A stretch of 64,000 nucleotides of DNA from Minisyncoccia bacterium (GTDB lineage: Bacteria > Patescibacteriota > Minisyncoccia > Phycocordibacterales > UBA9973), in assembly GCA_965656375.1 (NCBI GenBank), contig CBFHKH010000001.1:13432-77431 (forward strand), given 5' to 3'. The position numbers and the translations under genes were made by a program. A model generated the notes under the pieces. That model ran no database searches, had not been told where the DNA came from, and saw only the letters and a list, made by a program, of their open reading frames with translations. Shown here piece by piece: positions 20,101 to 28,693 of the stretch; position 1 is the stretch's first letter; every line of letters starts with the position of its first letter.

Positions 20101-23100
20101 CATGGAGTACAGCCGGTACGTACGACGGATGGAACGCGGTATCTGGATTTACTGGGAACTTCTTGGATGCTCACGTAAACGGAGGAGCGAGTGTCTTCAG
20201 TGTCGACTACACTGGCAAGGTCAATGGCTCAGGGGCGAATTTCTCTGGTCTCACCGCATCATCTGCTGTCTATACAGACGGTTCAAAAAATCTCACCTCA
20301 AGCGCGCCAAGTTCTGGCACCATCGGTTACTGGGCGCGAACTGGAACTCAACTTTCACCTGCATCAATTGGTGACGAAGTAAATATTGGAAATACAACTG
20401 ATCAAGGTGCGTATACACTTCAGAATACAGGGAACTTTTATAATAGTGGCTCAATCGTACAAGTCAGTCCAAGCTTCACAGGTACTCACACCATTGCGTT
20501 TAGTGCTAACAATCAAATAACTTTTACAAATAGTGGAATCGGTGCGTACATGGTAGTAGGAGCAGGTAACTTTGTTGACTTCCAGGGGCAGTCAGTTAGA
20601 TCTACTGGTCGTGGATATATTGCGGGCTCAACAGTAGCAGGAACTTCTCCATTTTCTATAAGCACTGTTCCGGCACAATCATCTGGTACGACTGATAACA
20701 ACTCAATATCAATTACTCAGACGATAAACAACACTGGAACATATTCTGGAGTGTATCGAGGATTTTACTACAATCCGACACTTACATCCCTCACTGGTAC
20801 GACACATCGAGCAATTGAAACGGTAACAGGCGATGTAATCTTAGGTAGTACTAGTGGTAATGTTGGAATCGGGAACCCTACTCCTTTTAGCGGTGCAACT
20901 GTCGCACCATCACTAGAAATCGGAACAACAGGCACAGCAAGTGGTAACCTTATTGTTCGAGGATTTTCAGCACTTGGCAGTACACAAGCTAACGGTTTTG
21001 GTGCGGTTGGTTCAAACTACTATTTGGATTCTTCTAATGCTATACGCAGAAAAAATGGAGATTTCGTATCTGTCCTTGAGTTTCCATCAGGAGGATTTGC
21101 ATTCAAAACATCAGGGAATGGGGCAGCTAACTCTAGTGTGTCACTAACAACTCTCTGGAATATTGCAGCAAGTGGAAATATTACCGCTGGTACTGATAAT
21201 GCATATGATATCGGCGCAAGTGGAGCGAACCGAGCAAGGGACTTCTTTTTAGGAAGAGATGCGGTAATAGGTAGGAACTTTACTATTACAAACGGAAATA
21301 TAAATGCAACGAGTTCTCTCACATCTATAGCAGGTTCAGGTAACGGAAATCTATTTACAACAAATCATACAGTCAATACTTCAGCCTCATATCTTGGTAC
21401 GAACTTCCTTTCAAATGTATCCACTGCTTCAGGTGCCGGTGGAACTGTTGTTGCCCAGCAAGCAACAGTAAACTACTCTGCAACAGCAAATCATATTTCA
21501 GGTATAACTGGGTATCAAATTGATGTTAATCATACGGGTAGTGGAACATTATCGTCTGTATCAGGATTGGTTTCTCAAGGATTTGTTGGAAACAGTGCAA
21601 CAGTATCAAATTATTATGCATTTAAAACACTCGGATTGTTTACCCCGGCGACAGGTGCGGTCACTACTCAGTACGGATACTATTATGACCAAGCATATAT
21701 CACACCTGGTATAGGCTACGCATTTTATTCAAAAGTAAATCCGTCAGGAGGAACACTTGCATCTGCTGCTTCAACTGCTATTAGTATTATCCCTGGTAAT
21801 AGTATTATTCAGATTGGAGGTCAAACCTCCTCATTTCCAGCGTTAAAGCGAAACGGTACGGCAATAAACTTCAGATTGGCGGACGATTCTGCAGATGCGG
21901 CGATCACTGCTTCTGGTGCTACATTCTCTGGCCTTGGAGGTGGGGGTACTCAATGTGTGCAGACAAACAATACGGGAGTACTCTCGGCAGCAGCGTGTGG
22001 TGGAGGTGCGACTCGTCTCGATCAAATCACTGCTGCAACAGGAACTAACAGTATCGACTCGCTCAACTTCGATCAAACATGGAATTGGTCCACTGCTTCT
22101 ACCAGCAGTCCAATGACGCTCACTGCAAACGCTCTTTCGAGTGGCTCACTTCTCACACTTTCTTCAAATAGTACACAGGCAAGTGGAGGTAGCCAGTCAT
22201 TATTGAAAATTGATCTTTCAGGTGCGAATGCAAATACTGGAGAATCTACTTTTGGTGCTAATATATCGAACGGTCACACTGGGACTTCGGGAACTAATTA
22301 TGGAGTAAATTCTATTGCGTACGGTGGGGATACTAATTACGGTTTGTATGCTAGTGGATCTGGAAACGGAACTCAGAATATCGGTGTTGGCGCTGATGCG
22401 TATACTACTAACAATGCTACGGAAAATATTGGACTCATGGCTACTGCTTCAGGAGGTCTGCTAAATTACGCTATCATTGTCCCTCCTACCTACGGTAATG
22501 TTGGTATCGGAAATAGTGCTCCAGGAAGTTTACTTACTGTAGGTTCATCATCACAGTTTAGTGTCACCTCTGCTGGTGTAACCACTATTACTGCATCAAG
22601 TTCCAGTGCATTTACTGTTGCAAAGACTGGAACTAATTATGCGCTCCAAGTTGATACATCAACCGGTTCTGCGGTAACAGGGCTCAAGATTAAAAATAAC
22701 GCAGCCACCGGTGGTGTAGCACTCTCAGCTATTTCTTCAGGTACCAATGAATTCCTCACACTCGACGCAAAAGGAACAGGTGAAGTTCGTATTGGTGGTA
22801 TCTCTACGGGCGACGTTCTCCTTGCAGGAGGTTCAGCAGCAACAGGTTGTACGGTTGCAAACTCAACTGGAAATCTGACCTGTTCCGGCAACATCATCGG
22901 TGGAACTACTGGTACTATCGGCTACTGGTCTCGCTCAGGTACTACACTTACTCCTGCAACAGGAAATGATATCCTCTCAATCCCAACTACAAATACATCT
23001 GGTGCAGACCTTGCAATCACAAACACTGGTGCATATACAGGTACAGGAATATTCAATCTCACTGCAAACTCAGCAACGACGGGTACACTTGCGAGTATTT

Positions 23101-25289
23101 CATCATCATCACTGACCTCAGGTATGCTTGCAAAATATCTTCTCTCAGGATCATCAGCAGTTGCTACTGCCGCAAATTCTGGTTCTATTGCGACATTTGC
23201 TTCAACTGCGACTGGATTTACCGCTGCAACGCAGGCACTTGTCGCCGTGAATTCAAGTGGAACAAACGGAACTACTGGTGTAACAATTCAAGGTATTAAT
23301 TCTACGGTGACGAATGCAGGTACTACGAGTACCAATGTTGCGGGCTTCTTCAGTGCATCAGGTGGAACGAACAACTATGCGCTTATCGTGCCTTCAGGAG
23401 GAGGAAGAGTGGGTATAGGAACAAGTACTCCAACTGCTACGCTCTATGTCACTCAAGCTGCTATGACCTCAGTCGGTTCAGGAAGCGGTACGAACAATAT
23501 TGCGCCGCTTACGATTCTTGGAGGAGCAGGCGGTGCTACTTCTGCAACGTCAGGAACGGTGTTTGGAGGTAATGCTGGTGCTATAAATCTTACTGGTGGA
23601 AATGGTGGAGCTATTACTGGTACCCCAGGTACAGGCTTCGGTGGTAACGGAGGAACGATTAATCTTACTGGAGGAGATGGAGGACTCGGTACGACATTTG
23701 GTGGAGCTGGTGGAAACGTCGAAATTGCAGCTGGCGTTGGAGGATTTTCAACCGGTGTATCAGGAGTGGGAGGATATGCTGCACTTAAAGGAGGGAATGG
23801 TGGCTCGACGAATGGGACTGGTGGCAATGTCTACTTGATCGGTGGAGCAAAAAGTGGTTCTGGATCCGACGGTAATATCTACTTGAATGTTTCACCATCA
23901 CTCACTGTCCGCGGACTCACTGGTATCGGTACAACAAACGCAGTCTATCGTCTTGATGTTCTCAATGACGCCGCAGGACAAACTACATCAAATCGCATCG
24001 CGAACTTCTCAAATGCTGGAGCAACATTCAATACAACGAGTGGAGCGCTCTTGTCCTATGGAGGATATTTCTCCTCGACATCAACTCGATCAACCGGAGC
24101 AAATGATTTGAACAACGTAGCTCTCTATGCGACTGCTTCTGGTGCGCAGAATAACTACGCGGCGATCTTTGATCAGGGAAATGTTGGTATCGGAACCGCA
24201 ACTCCGAACACCTCTTTGCATATCCTTGGCACTCCAAACGTTAATGCTGGTCTCCTTAAGTTACAGGCAAAGACGGGAAGCGGCGAAGATGATGCTGGCA
24301 TCACCTTTTTTGCCATGCCGTCAGGCGCAGATACCAACTCCCGCAACTGGCAGATCGCAAATAACTACCAAGCATACGGCAACTTGGATATAATGCGTAG
24401 CACTTCTAATACAGGGAATCCTACTACTGCTGTCGCATCGTTTGATATGAACGGTAACTTCGGTATCGGTGATACAACACCGGACTACTTGCTTGATGTT
24501 GCTAACACAGGAGTAGACAATAATATCTTTTCTTTAACAGACTCGGACGGAGAGTGTCTCTATAATCCAGAGGCTGGTTCAGTCACGGTTACGTGCTCAT
24601 CAGATGAGCGTCTAAAGAATAATATTGTTGATGCTCCTTCGGCGCTTGCATACTTTAAATCATTCAAAATAAGACAATACAACGTTAGAGCATCTGGTGA
24701 CAGAATGATTGGAGTCATTGCACAAGAAGTATTACAAACAAACCCAGAGCTTGTAACAGTGAGCCCAAGTGGAATGTACTCAGTGCAGTTGCCGAGTCAG
24801 TGGCAAGTAGTGGGAGCGTTACAAGAACTCGATCTTAAAATCGCAGGACTTTCATCGCTTGATACGATGAATAATAATTCGATAGGATATTTAATTAAAA
24901 GCTTTTTGGCCGATGTAGGGAACACTATAGAGAGTATATATGCAAAAGTAATTCATTCTGACCGTATTGAGACGAAAACGCTTTGTGTTGGAAGTACGTG
25001 TGTTACTGAAGAGCAATTCTTGCAAATGGTACAGGGAGCTGGCGGTCAAAATTCTGGTGGTGGAAATGGTGGCAGTGGAGGAGGAAATCTGCCACCAACT
25101 CCACAGACCGACGTCTGTCCAAATATAGATGGTGATCAAGCTATCGTTCCAGATGAAATGCATATTGATCAAGACAACAATTGTGTAGCAAATCCGTCTA
25201 CAGAGGGGGGTGAATCAACTCCTCCAGCTACAGATGGCGAAAGCACAGGTGACGGGGAAAGTACACCACCAGTTACTGACGGGCAATAG
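14124..25289 (+). CDS. Giant (3,721 aa) Gly/Ser/Thr/Asn/Ala-rich surface fiber-like protein. It has an N-terminal signal/anchor, beta-helix-type repeats and a C-terminal phage tail-spike-type intramolecular chaperone (peptidase S74) autocleavage domain.
   Basis: A single uninterrupted 11.2 kb ORF. The N-terminal hydrophobic segment is ISVVFLVLLIVFSI. There are tandem 17-aa SNF(L/F)G..AG repeats. The motif GN(V/I)GIGTTTP...KL recurs at least 10 times. There are Gly-rich GGNGG stretches. The C-terminus carries CSSDERLKNNIV...IGVIAQEVLQTNPELV. Confidence 0.8.
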   Translation: MESLIKNVKKTVVKKKISVVFLVLLIVFSISYSATNAAFNKQINYQGKLTTSVGVAVANGTYNMEFKLYTVSSGGTAVWTETRTGADKVQVTSGLFSVLLGEVTSLSGVDFNQTLYLGVNIGGTGSPAWDGEMTPRKKLGAVPAAVESERVGGFTPAQSASGSQIPVLTSDAIILSGSAAGLTGTSANVLKLQGGSTGDIQFFGATNKISNAGMLTLAGGITVTPFTAANGVVYATSSGVLTQTAASSGASCLISASAGAAPTWGACTAGGYWSRSGTTVSPSTITDKVNIGNATDQGSYILQVTGDQYLDGKLHLKNTDIQEMGTRSISIGADIPSVTDSFFFGQNAATSATGASNSNFLGNNAGYTATYAQNSNFLGNRAGYAATSASGSNFFGYSAGESASSASGSNFFGTSAGNGATSAAESNFLGSYAGGSASSASFSNFLGYAAGYQATSALRSNFFGNSAGQGASNASYSNFIGYLAGKTFSGNNVGSNNIIIGTNISLPNAAANSINIGGILFGTGTYATTTGNASIVPVAAGNIGIGVVSPTARLHLAAGTATANTAPLKFTTGTALTTPEDGSVEYHSSHLYFTIGSTRYQLDQQAAGGGVHLDQIAAALASNGSGIDNLNYAQTWNWSTATTQTPLTLTANGLTTGSILSLTSSSASATTGQKGLNVALTGALTGAQTTYGGYFSNARTGASAVNVGLYATASAAGTNYAAIFDQGNVGIGTTTPASKLDIAGTITTNGDTVSNLVATVSNMNGGTLYGSKIALTAGSGAGAGGAIVANNISTTLSGTTNLPSSIVGLATQTNHGAASGTLTNQVEYQTGPSVTGGATTTTLQHISLRDVFTSTGGTVTNQYGLYINGLTAAATNYGIYFANTPNGGSITSGASTDIAIIPGAGGNVGIGDTTPASLFTVGSGDLFQINSSGNVAAIGGAAHTIANSSGALSIDAASSGALNLNNTGTGDVLLAGGSAATGCTVANSTGNLTCSGNIIGGTTGTIGYWARNNSTFTLTPATANDIISISTNLTTASNKAIEGLQTGATSGTDYAGYFSNTGAATTNVGLYATASGGTNNYAAIFDQGNVGIGTTTPNASYELQIGNGSGSATGRILLSGNGDDEHIMFANSGGNRFRIGQNGTVLGFVSQGTGVGGVGQSFLFTGGTPDTSHQGSLFKISGTFNQAAQVTDGLLVNITNTASAAGSSLANFQIGGSSKFFIDANNGNVGIGTATPGQKLQVEGDVSITRSSFSSTHQIQINNGGNTIGIGFNSPVSTLDIIGSSGSQAYIVSNNAALNVGNRSTGPINFVTQSASGTKWQITSAGNFITGADNSYDIGASGATRPRTGYFGSTVVVGASQIKTLSSTGYYVATRGSLQNPSDGVWLITDAAETSFGRLQLGGTTSSFPAIKRNGTAINFRLADDSADTTITASGATLSTAPTTSAGSYDIITRNSSTGVLEKISSTAMPGGSGTTNYVARWTGTNTLGTGVLYDNNTSVAISDTSTDSVGAKLFVNGAISAVGTIRSFAAKDTYNVAISSNSINAYNYTNPSGQGLSILNVSTGNLALVGGGGNVGIGNASPSGLLSLAGNRTALAWGTTGINFQTAAATYTDSSSSGTVASVVANSFGVPTFAASSATTYTAASNVYIAGAPSAGTNVTITKGYALDVNGPTRIKTNSGSATGLTLTSTGTINWRFGNVATNDFGLFAPTSAGGEVALLNFTDYTDASVPVLRFGGGIAAYGFNPYWGINTTGAGTNYSSDFVVKSFGSTHVTSVSNSSNVLTQWVNSNGDGYFAGNVGIANTSPTAKLDITSTQTATANSQVLGVNLTGTLTARATASDTLYSMRNTQVLTAAANNQNLVGLSIAPTYSLGAFTGTTMFPLDVVGSAGARVRVKALSNGNVELQVGDPTGGGNGGNIRWLRPSGGADGPTISFGNADLAFDNPGYGGFVFTATLGASMSVLKLTNTPYAAGTATTNHPLFYRNGGTAPTTWSTAGTYDGWNAVSGFTGNFLDAHVNGGASVFSVDYTGKVNGSGANFSGLTASSAVYTDGSKNLTSSAPSSGTIGYWARTGTQLSPASIGDEVNIGNTTDQGAYTLQNTGNFYNSGSIVQVSPSFTGTHTIAFSANNQITFTNSGIGAYMVVGAGNFVDFQGQSVRSTGRGYIAGSTVAGTSPFSISTVPAQSSGTTDNNSISITQTINNTGTYSGVYRGFYYNPTLTSLTGTTHRAIETVTGDVILGSTSGNVGIGNPTPFSGATVAPSLEIGTTGTASGNLIVRGFSALGSTQANGFGAVGSNYYLDSSNAIRRKNGDFVSVLEFPSGGFAFKTSGNGAANSSVSLTTLWNIAASGNITAGTDNAYDIGASGANRARDFFLGRDAVIGRNFTITNGNINATSSLTSIAGSGNGNLFTTNHTVNTSASYLGTNFLSNVSTASGAGGTVVAQQATVNYSATANHISGITGYQIDVNHTGSGTLSSVSGLVSQGFVGNSATVSNYYAFKTLGLFTPATGAVTTQYGYYYDQAYITPGIGYAFYSKVNPSGGTLASAASTAISIIPGNSIIQIGGQTSSFPALKRNGTAINFRLADDSADAAITASGATFSGLGGGGTQCVQTNNTGVLSAAACGGGATRLDQITAATGTNSIDSLNFDQTWNWSTASTSSPMTLTANALSSGSLLTLSSNSTQASGGSQSLLKIDLSGANANTGESTFGANISNGHTGTSGTNYGVNSIAYGGDTNYGLYASGSGNGTQNIGVGADAYTTNNATENIGLMATASGGLLNYAIIVPPTYGNVGIGNSAPGSLLTVGSSSQFSVTSAGVTTITASSSSAFTVAKTGTNYALQVDTSTGSAVTGLKIKNNAATGGVALSAISSGTNEFLTLDAKGTGEVRIGGISTGDVLLAGGSAATGCTVANSTGNLTCSGNIIGGTTGTIGYWSRSGTTLTPATGNDILSIPTTNTSGADLAITNTGAYTGTGIFNLTANSATTGTLASISSSSLTSGMLAKYLLSGSSAVATAANSGSIATFASTATGFTAATQALVAVNSSGTNGTTGVTIQGINSTVTNAGTTSTNVAGFFSASGGTNNYALIVPSGGGRVGIGTSTPTATLYVTQAAMTSVGSGSGTNNIAPLTILGGAGGATSATSGTVFGGNAGAINLTGGNGGAITGTPGTGFGGNGGTINLTGGDGGLGTTFGGAGGNVEIAAGVGGFSTGVSGVGGYAALKGGNGGSTNGTGGNVYLIGGAKSGSGSDGNIYLNVSPSLTVRGLTGIGTTNAVYRLDVLNDAAGQTTSNRIANFSNAGATFNTTSGALLSYGGYFSSTSTRSTGANDLNNVALYATASGAQNNYAAIFDQGNVGIGTATPNTSLHILGTPNVNAGLLKLQAKTGSGEDDAGITFFAMPSGADTNSRNWQIANNYQAYGNLDIMRSTSNTGNPTTAVASFDMNGNFGIGDTTPDYLLDVANTGVDNNIFSLTDSDGECLYNPEAGSVTVTCSSDERLKNNIVDAPSALAYFKSFKIRQYNVRASGDRMIGVIAQEVLQTNPELVTVSPSGMYSVQLPSQWQVVGALQELDLKIAGLSSLDTMNNNSIGYLIKSFLADVGNTIESIYAKVIHSDRIETKTLCVGSTCVTEEQFLQMVQGAGGQNSGGGNGGSGGGNLPPTPQTDVCPNIDGDQAIVPDEMHIDQDNNCVANPSTEGGESTPPATDGESTGDGESTPPVTDGQ
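15194..15601 (+). repeat. Eight tandem in-frame 51-nt (17-aa) coding repeats, S-N-F-(L/F)-G-x-x-A-G-x-x-A-T/S-x-A-x-x, inside the giant gene
   Basis: The units SNFLGNNAGYTATYAQN, SNFLGNRAGYAATSASG, SNFFGYSAGESASSASG, SNFFGTSAGNGATSAAE, SNFLGSYAGGSASSASF, SNFLGYAAGYQATSALR, SNFFGNSAGQGASNASY and SNFIGYLAGKTFSGNNV follow one another directly. Confidence 0.7.
17031..17150 (+). repeat. 120-nt intragenic segment duplicated at 22809-22928 at about 96% nt identity (copy A)
   Basis: Both copies encode GDVLLAGGSAATGCTVANSTGNLTCSGNIIGGTTGTIGYW. There are 5 mismatches in 120 nt. Confidence 0.75.
22809..22928 (+). repeat. Copy B of the 120-nt intragenic duplication
   Basis: See copy A. A second, more diverged duplicated module at about 80% nt identity pairs 18343-18435 with 21831-21925 (SSFPA(I/L)KRNGTAINFRLADDSAD..ITASGAT). 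Confidence 0.75.
24590..25000 (+). other. C-terminal intramolecular chaperone / autoproteolysis domain (peptidase S74, phage endosialidase / tail-fiber type) of the giant protein
   Basis: It matches the conserved core S-D-x-R-L-K-x-N-I...(A)QEV...P..V and the following helical segment (LQELDLKIAGL...IESIYAKV). By analogy the scissile Ser is expected directly before DERLK. Confidence 0.6.
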
Positions 25290-25297
25290 AAGAGTGG

Positions 25298-25326
25298 TTG
25301 ACAATACTATATATATAGTATAGGAT
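25298..25326 (+). promoter_or_regulatory. Sigma-70-like promoter TTGACA-N17-TAGGAT upstream of rpoB
   Basis: A perfect -35 hexamer lies at 25298-25303, and a TAnnnT -10 at 25321-25326 after a 17-nt AT-rich spacer. It is 160 nt upstream of the rpoB ATG. Confidence 0.4.
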
Positions 25327-25488
25327 AGTACCTAGTGAAATTCGATTGAGTTATGGCAGATCAATCACTACTTGTTTCTTACGTTAAGACAATGCACGTG
25401 TCAAAACTACCTGCCAACAATTATAAATAGTTTCCATAAACCCGGTTTGGTCCCCGAGTGTTTTTTTGTTTATTAACTAATTGCAATT

Positions 25489-28400
25489 ATGAAGAAAACA
25501 GCAACACGTGAGAAGAAGTATTTTACACGGTACAAGAAACCGTTGGTCGAGTTCCCAAATCTTATCCAAGATCAGCTTGCATCATTCAACTGGCTCGTGG
25601 AAAAGGGACTTAAAGAAGTGTTCAAAGAATTTTCTCCGATCAACGATTACTCAGAGAAAAAATTTCAGCTCGATTTCACATCGTTCTCACTTGGTGAGCC
25701 GAAGTTCGACGAAGAGTATACAAAGATCAACAAGCTTACCTACGAAGGTCAGCTCAAAGCTCGCGTTAAACTTTTGAATAAATCAATCGGAACTTCCAAA
25801 GAACAGGAAATCTTCATGGCAGATGTGCCGCTCATGACCAAGCATGGCACATTCATCATAAACGGCGTCGAGCGTGTTATCGTCGGACAGCTTACACGAT
25901 CTTTCGGAGTATTCTTTACTGAACAGGAATTAAAAGGCAAGCGATACTTCGGTGCAAAGATAATACCTGCTCGTGGCGTGTGGATCGAGATCGAATCTGA
26001 TCCCGATGGTGGCATCTATGTTCGTATCGACAAGAAGCGCAAATTCTCTGTTGCGTCTTTACTGCGCGTACTTGGACTCTCTACTGATGAGGCTTTGACC
26101 AAAGCCTTTGGTAAGGACGAAGAGGTTTTGAAAGCTATTAAAATCTGCCTTGAAAAAGATCCAAGCAAGAACCTTTCTGATTCATTTATCGAAATCTATA
26201 AGCGTCTTCGCGATGGCGACCTCGCTACTGCCGATAACGCACGTGAATTCATCACAATGCTTCTCTCAGCTGAGCGATATGATCTTTCTCCTGTCGGCCG
26301 ATTCCGCTTCAACAAGCGCTTCGAGAAAAACATGGATGATAAAGAGATGGAACGACGCACAATCTCATCTGATGATGTGGTCTCTATCGTCAAACACATA
26401 GTAGAGCTCAACAATACACCTCATGCAAAGGCAGACGACATCGATCACCTCGGCCAGCGTCGTGTTCGTTACGTAGGTGAGATGCTCCAGCAGAAGGTTC
26501 GCATGGGTATGGCTCAGATCAAGAGAAACATCCAGGATCGAATGTCTACTATTGATGTTGGTACGACAATGCCAATACAGATCATCAACCAGCGCCCACT
26601 CCAGGCTCGTATCAAAGAATTCTTTACTGCAAACCAGCTTTCACAATTCATGAACCAGGAAAATGTCATGGCGGAAGTCGAACACTTGCGTATTTTATCT
26701 GCGCTCGGCCCGGGAGGTCTTACTCGCGAACGTGCAGGTCTTGAAGTTCGTGACGTGCACACATCTCACTATGGTCGCGTCTGTCCGATCCATACTCCAG
26801 AAGGTCCTAACATCGGTCTCATTCTTCACCTTTCTACATATGCAAAGATCAACGAATTCGGCATCATCGAGACTCCATACATCAAAGTAAAGAATGGCAA
26901 GATCACTTCCGAAGTGGTGTATCTAAACGCTCTCGAAGAAGAGAAATACAATATCGCACACGCTGGTATCGATTACGATGAGAAGGGAACTATCTTGGAA
27001 GATCGTGTTGAAGCTCGTCTTTCTACGAAACCAGGTATGATCTCAAAAACTGAAGTCGACTATATAGACGTGGCGACGAATCAGGCGTTCTCTATCGCGA
27101 CATCTATGATCCCGTTCCTCGAACACGATGACGCGCACCGAACACTCATGGGAAGTAACATGCAGAAGCAAGCGCTTCCATGTATCATTCCTGAAGCGCC
27201 ACTTGTTGCAACTGGCATGGAAGAGCTCGCATCACGTGACTCTGGCCGTCTCATCGTCTCTGAAGTTTCAGGTACAGTATCATACGTAGATGGTAAGAAA
27301 ATCACTATCAAAGACGACAAAGGAAAAGATCATACATATCCACTTATTACATTTTCTCGCACAAATAACTTCTCAGTTTTCCATCAGCGCCCAAGTGTTT
27401 CTCTTGGCGATCATGTAAAGAAAAATCAGGTGCTTGCAGATACATCTACAACCGATCGAGGACAGATCGCACTCGGACAGAATGCGCTTGTTGCATTCAT
27501 GTCATGGGGTGGTGCAAACTACGAAGACGCGATCATTCTCTCAGAGCGTCTTGTAAAAGAAAGTAAATTCACTTCTATCTATGTAACTGAATTCGTCTGT
27601 AATGTCCGCGATACAAAGCTCGGACCAGAAATCACTACGCGTGATATTCCAAACGTTGGTGAAAATAAATTGAAGGATCTCGATGAAGACGGTATCGTTG
27701 TTGTTGGTGCAGAAGTTCGCGAGAATGATATTCTTGTCGGTAAGATCACACCAAAAGGCGAGACTGAACTTACTCCAGAAGAGCGCCTTCTCCGATCAAT
27801 CTTTACTGAAAAGGCTCGCGATGTAAAAGACACATCACTTCGCCTTGAACATGGTAAAAAAGGCCGCGTTGTCGGTGTGAAGATTTTCTCACGTGACCAG
27901 GGTCACAATCTTGAATCAGGCATCATCAAGAAGATCGTTGTTGAAATTGCACAGATCCGCAACATCTCAGTGGGTGACAAGCTCGCTGGTCGTCACGGTA
28001 ACAAAGGTGTTATTTCAGTTATCCTTCCAGAAGAAGAAATGCCATACATGGCAGACGGTACTCCTGTCGACATTATCCTCACTCCGCTCGGCGTGCCATC
28101 ACGTATGAACTTGGGTCAGGTCCTCGAAATGCACTTGGGATATGCTGCGCATACACTTAACTATCAGGCAATCGTGCCTCCATTCTCATCTGCAACAGTG
28201 CCAGAGATCAAAGCAGAACTTGCAAAGGCAGGTATGCCAGAGAACGGTAAGGTTGTACTCTATGACGGCCGTACGGGAGATGCATTTGATCAGGATATCG
28301 CTATCGGATATATGTACATGCTCAAGCTTCACCACATGGTGGAAGATAAACTCCACATGCGTTCTATTGGTCCATACTCTCTCATTACACAGCAGCCACT

Positions 28401-28668
28401 CGGAGGTAAAGCACAAGGTGGAGGACAGAGATTCGGAGAAATGGAGGTCTGGGCACTTGAAGGTCATGGTGCCGCATATGCGCTTCGTGAAATGCTTACA
28501 ATAAAGTCTGATGACATCATGGGTCGTTCACAGACATTCGACGCTATTATCAAAGGTCAGACGATCGGCGAGCCGAACGTTCCTGCATCGTTTAATGTGC
28601 TTCTTAATTACTTACGAGGACTTTCACTTGATGTTGACCTTAAGAAGTCCGAGAGAACACAGCAGTAA
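25489..28668 (+). CDS. rpoB: DNA-directed RNA polymerase subunit beta
   Basis: Conserved blocks are present throughout, for example GQLTRSFGVFF, the rifampicin-cluster region, NMQKQA, and GGQRFGEMEVWALEGHGAA. Confidence 0.97.
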   Translation: MKKTATREKKYFTRYKKPLVEFPNLIQDQLASFNWLVEKGLKEVFKEFSPINDYSEKKFQLDFTSFSLGEPKFDEEYTKINKLTYEGQLKARVKLLNKSIGTSKEQEIFMADVPLMTKHGTFIINGVERVIVGQLTRSFGVFFTEQELKGKRYFGAKIIPARGVWIEIESDPDGGIYVRIDKKRKFSVASLLRVLGLSTDEALTKAFGKDEEVLKAIKICLEKDPSKNLSDSFIEIYKRLRDGDLATADNAREFITMLLSAERYDLSPVGRFRFNKRFEKNMDDKEMERRTISSDDVVSIVKHIVELNNTPHAKADDIDHLGQRRVRYVGEMLQQKVRMGMAQIKRNIQDRMSTIDVGTTMPIQIINQRPLQARIKEFFTANQLSQFMNQENVMAEVEHLRILSALGPGGLTRERAGLEVRDVHTSHYGRVCPIHTPEGPNIGLILHLSTYAKINEFGIIETPYIKVKNGKITSEVVYLNALEEEKYNIAHAGIDYDEKGTILEDRVEARLSTKPGMISKTEVDYIDVATNQAFSIATSMIPFLEHDDAHRTLMGSNMQKQALPCIIPEAPLVATGMEELASRDSGRLIVSEVSGTVSYVDGKKITIKDDKGKDHTYPLITFSRTNNFSVFHQRPSVSLGDHVKKNQVLADTSTTDRGQIALGQNALVAFMSWGGANYEDAIILSERLVKESKFTSIYVTEFVCNVRDTKLGPEITTRDIPNVGENKLKDLDEDGIVVVGAEVRENDILVGKITPKGETELTPEERLLRSIFTEKARDVKDTSLRLEHGKKGRVVGVKIFSRDQGHNLESGIIKKIVVEIAQIRNISVGDKLAGRHGNKGVISVILPEEEMPYMADGTPVDIILTPLGVPSRMNLGQVLEMHLGYAAHTLNYQAIVPPFSSATVPEIKAELAKAGMPENGKVVLYDGRTGDAFDQDIAIGYMYMLKLHHMVEDKLHMRSIGPYSLITQQPLGGKAQGGGQRFGEMEVWALEGHGAAYALREMLTIKSDDIMGRSQTFDAIIKGQTIGEPNVPASFNVLLNYLRGLSLDVDLKKSERTQQ

Positions 28669-28693
28669 TTAGTAACTAACTATAAAACATAAA

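Noticed and set aside
14124-25289. A prophage, inferred from the tail-fiber/endosialidase-type chaperone domain
   Set aside because: No capsid, portal, terminase, tail tube, lysis or integrase genes lie within 10 kb on either side. The immediate neighbours are trmD and rpoB.
25330-25480. A possible tRNA or small RNA in the 200-nt gap before rpoB, including a ccggtttggtccccgag...ttttttt segment
   Set aside because: No cloverleaf could be folded and the hairpin is weak. The region is better explained as the rpoB promoter/leader (TTGACA-N17-TAGGAT).
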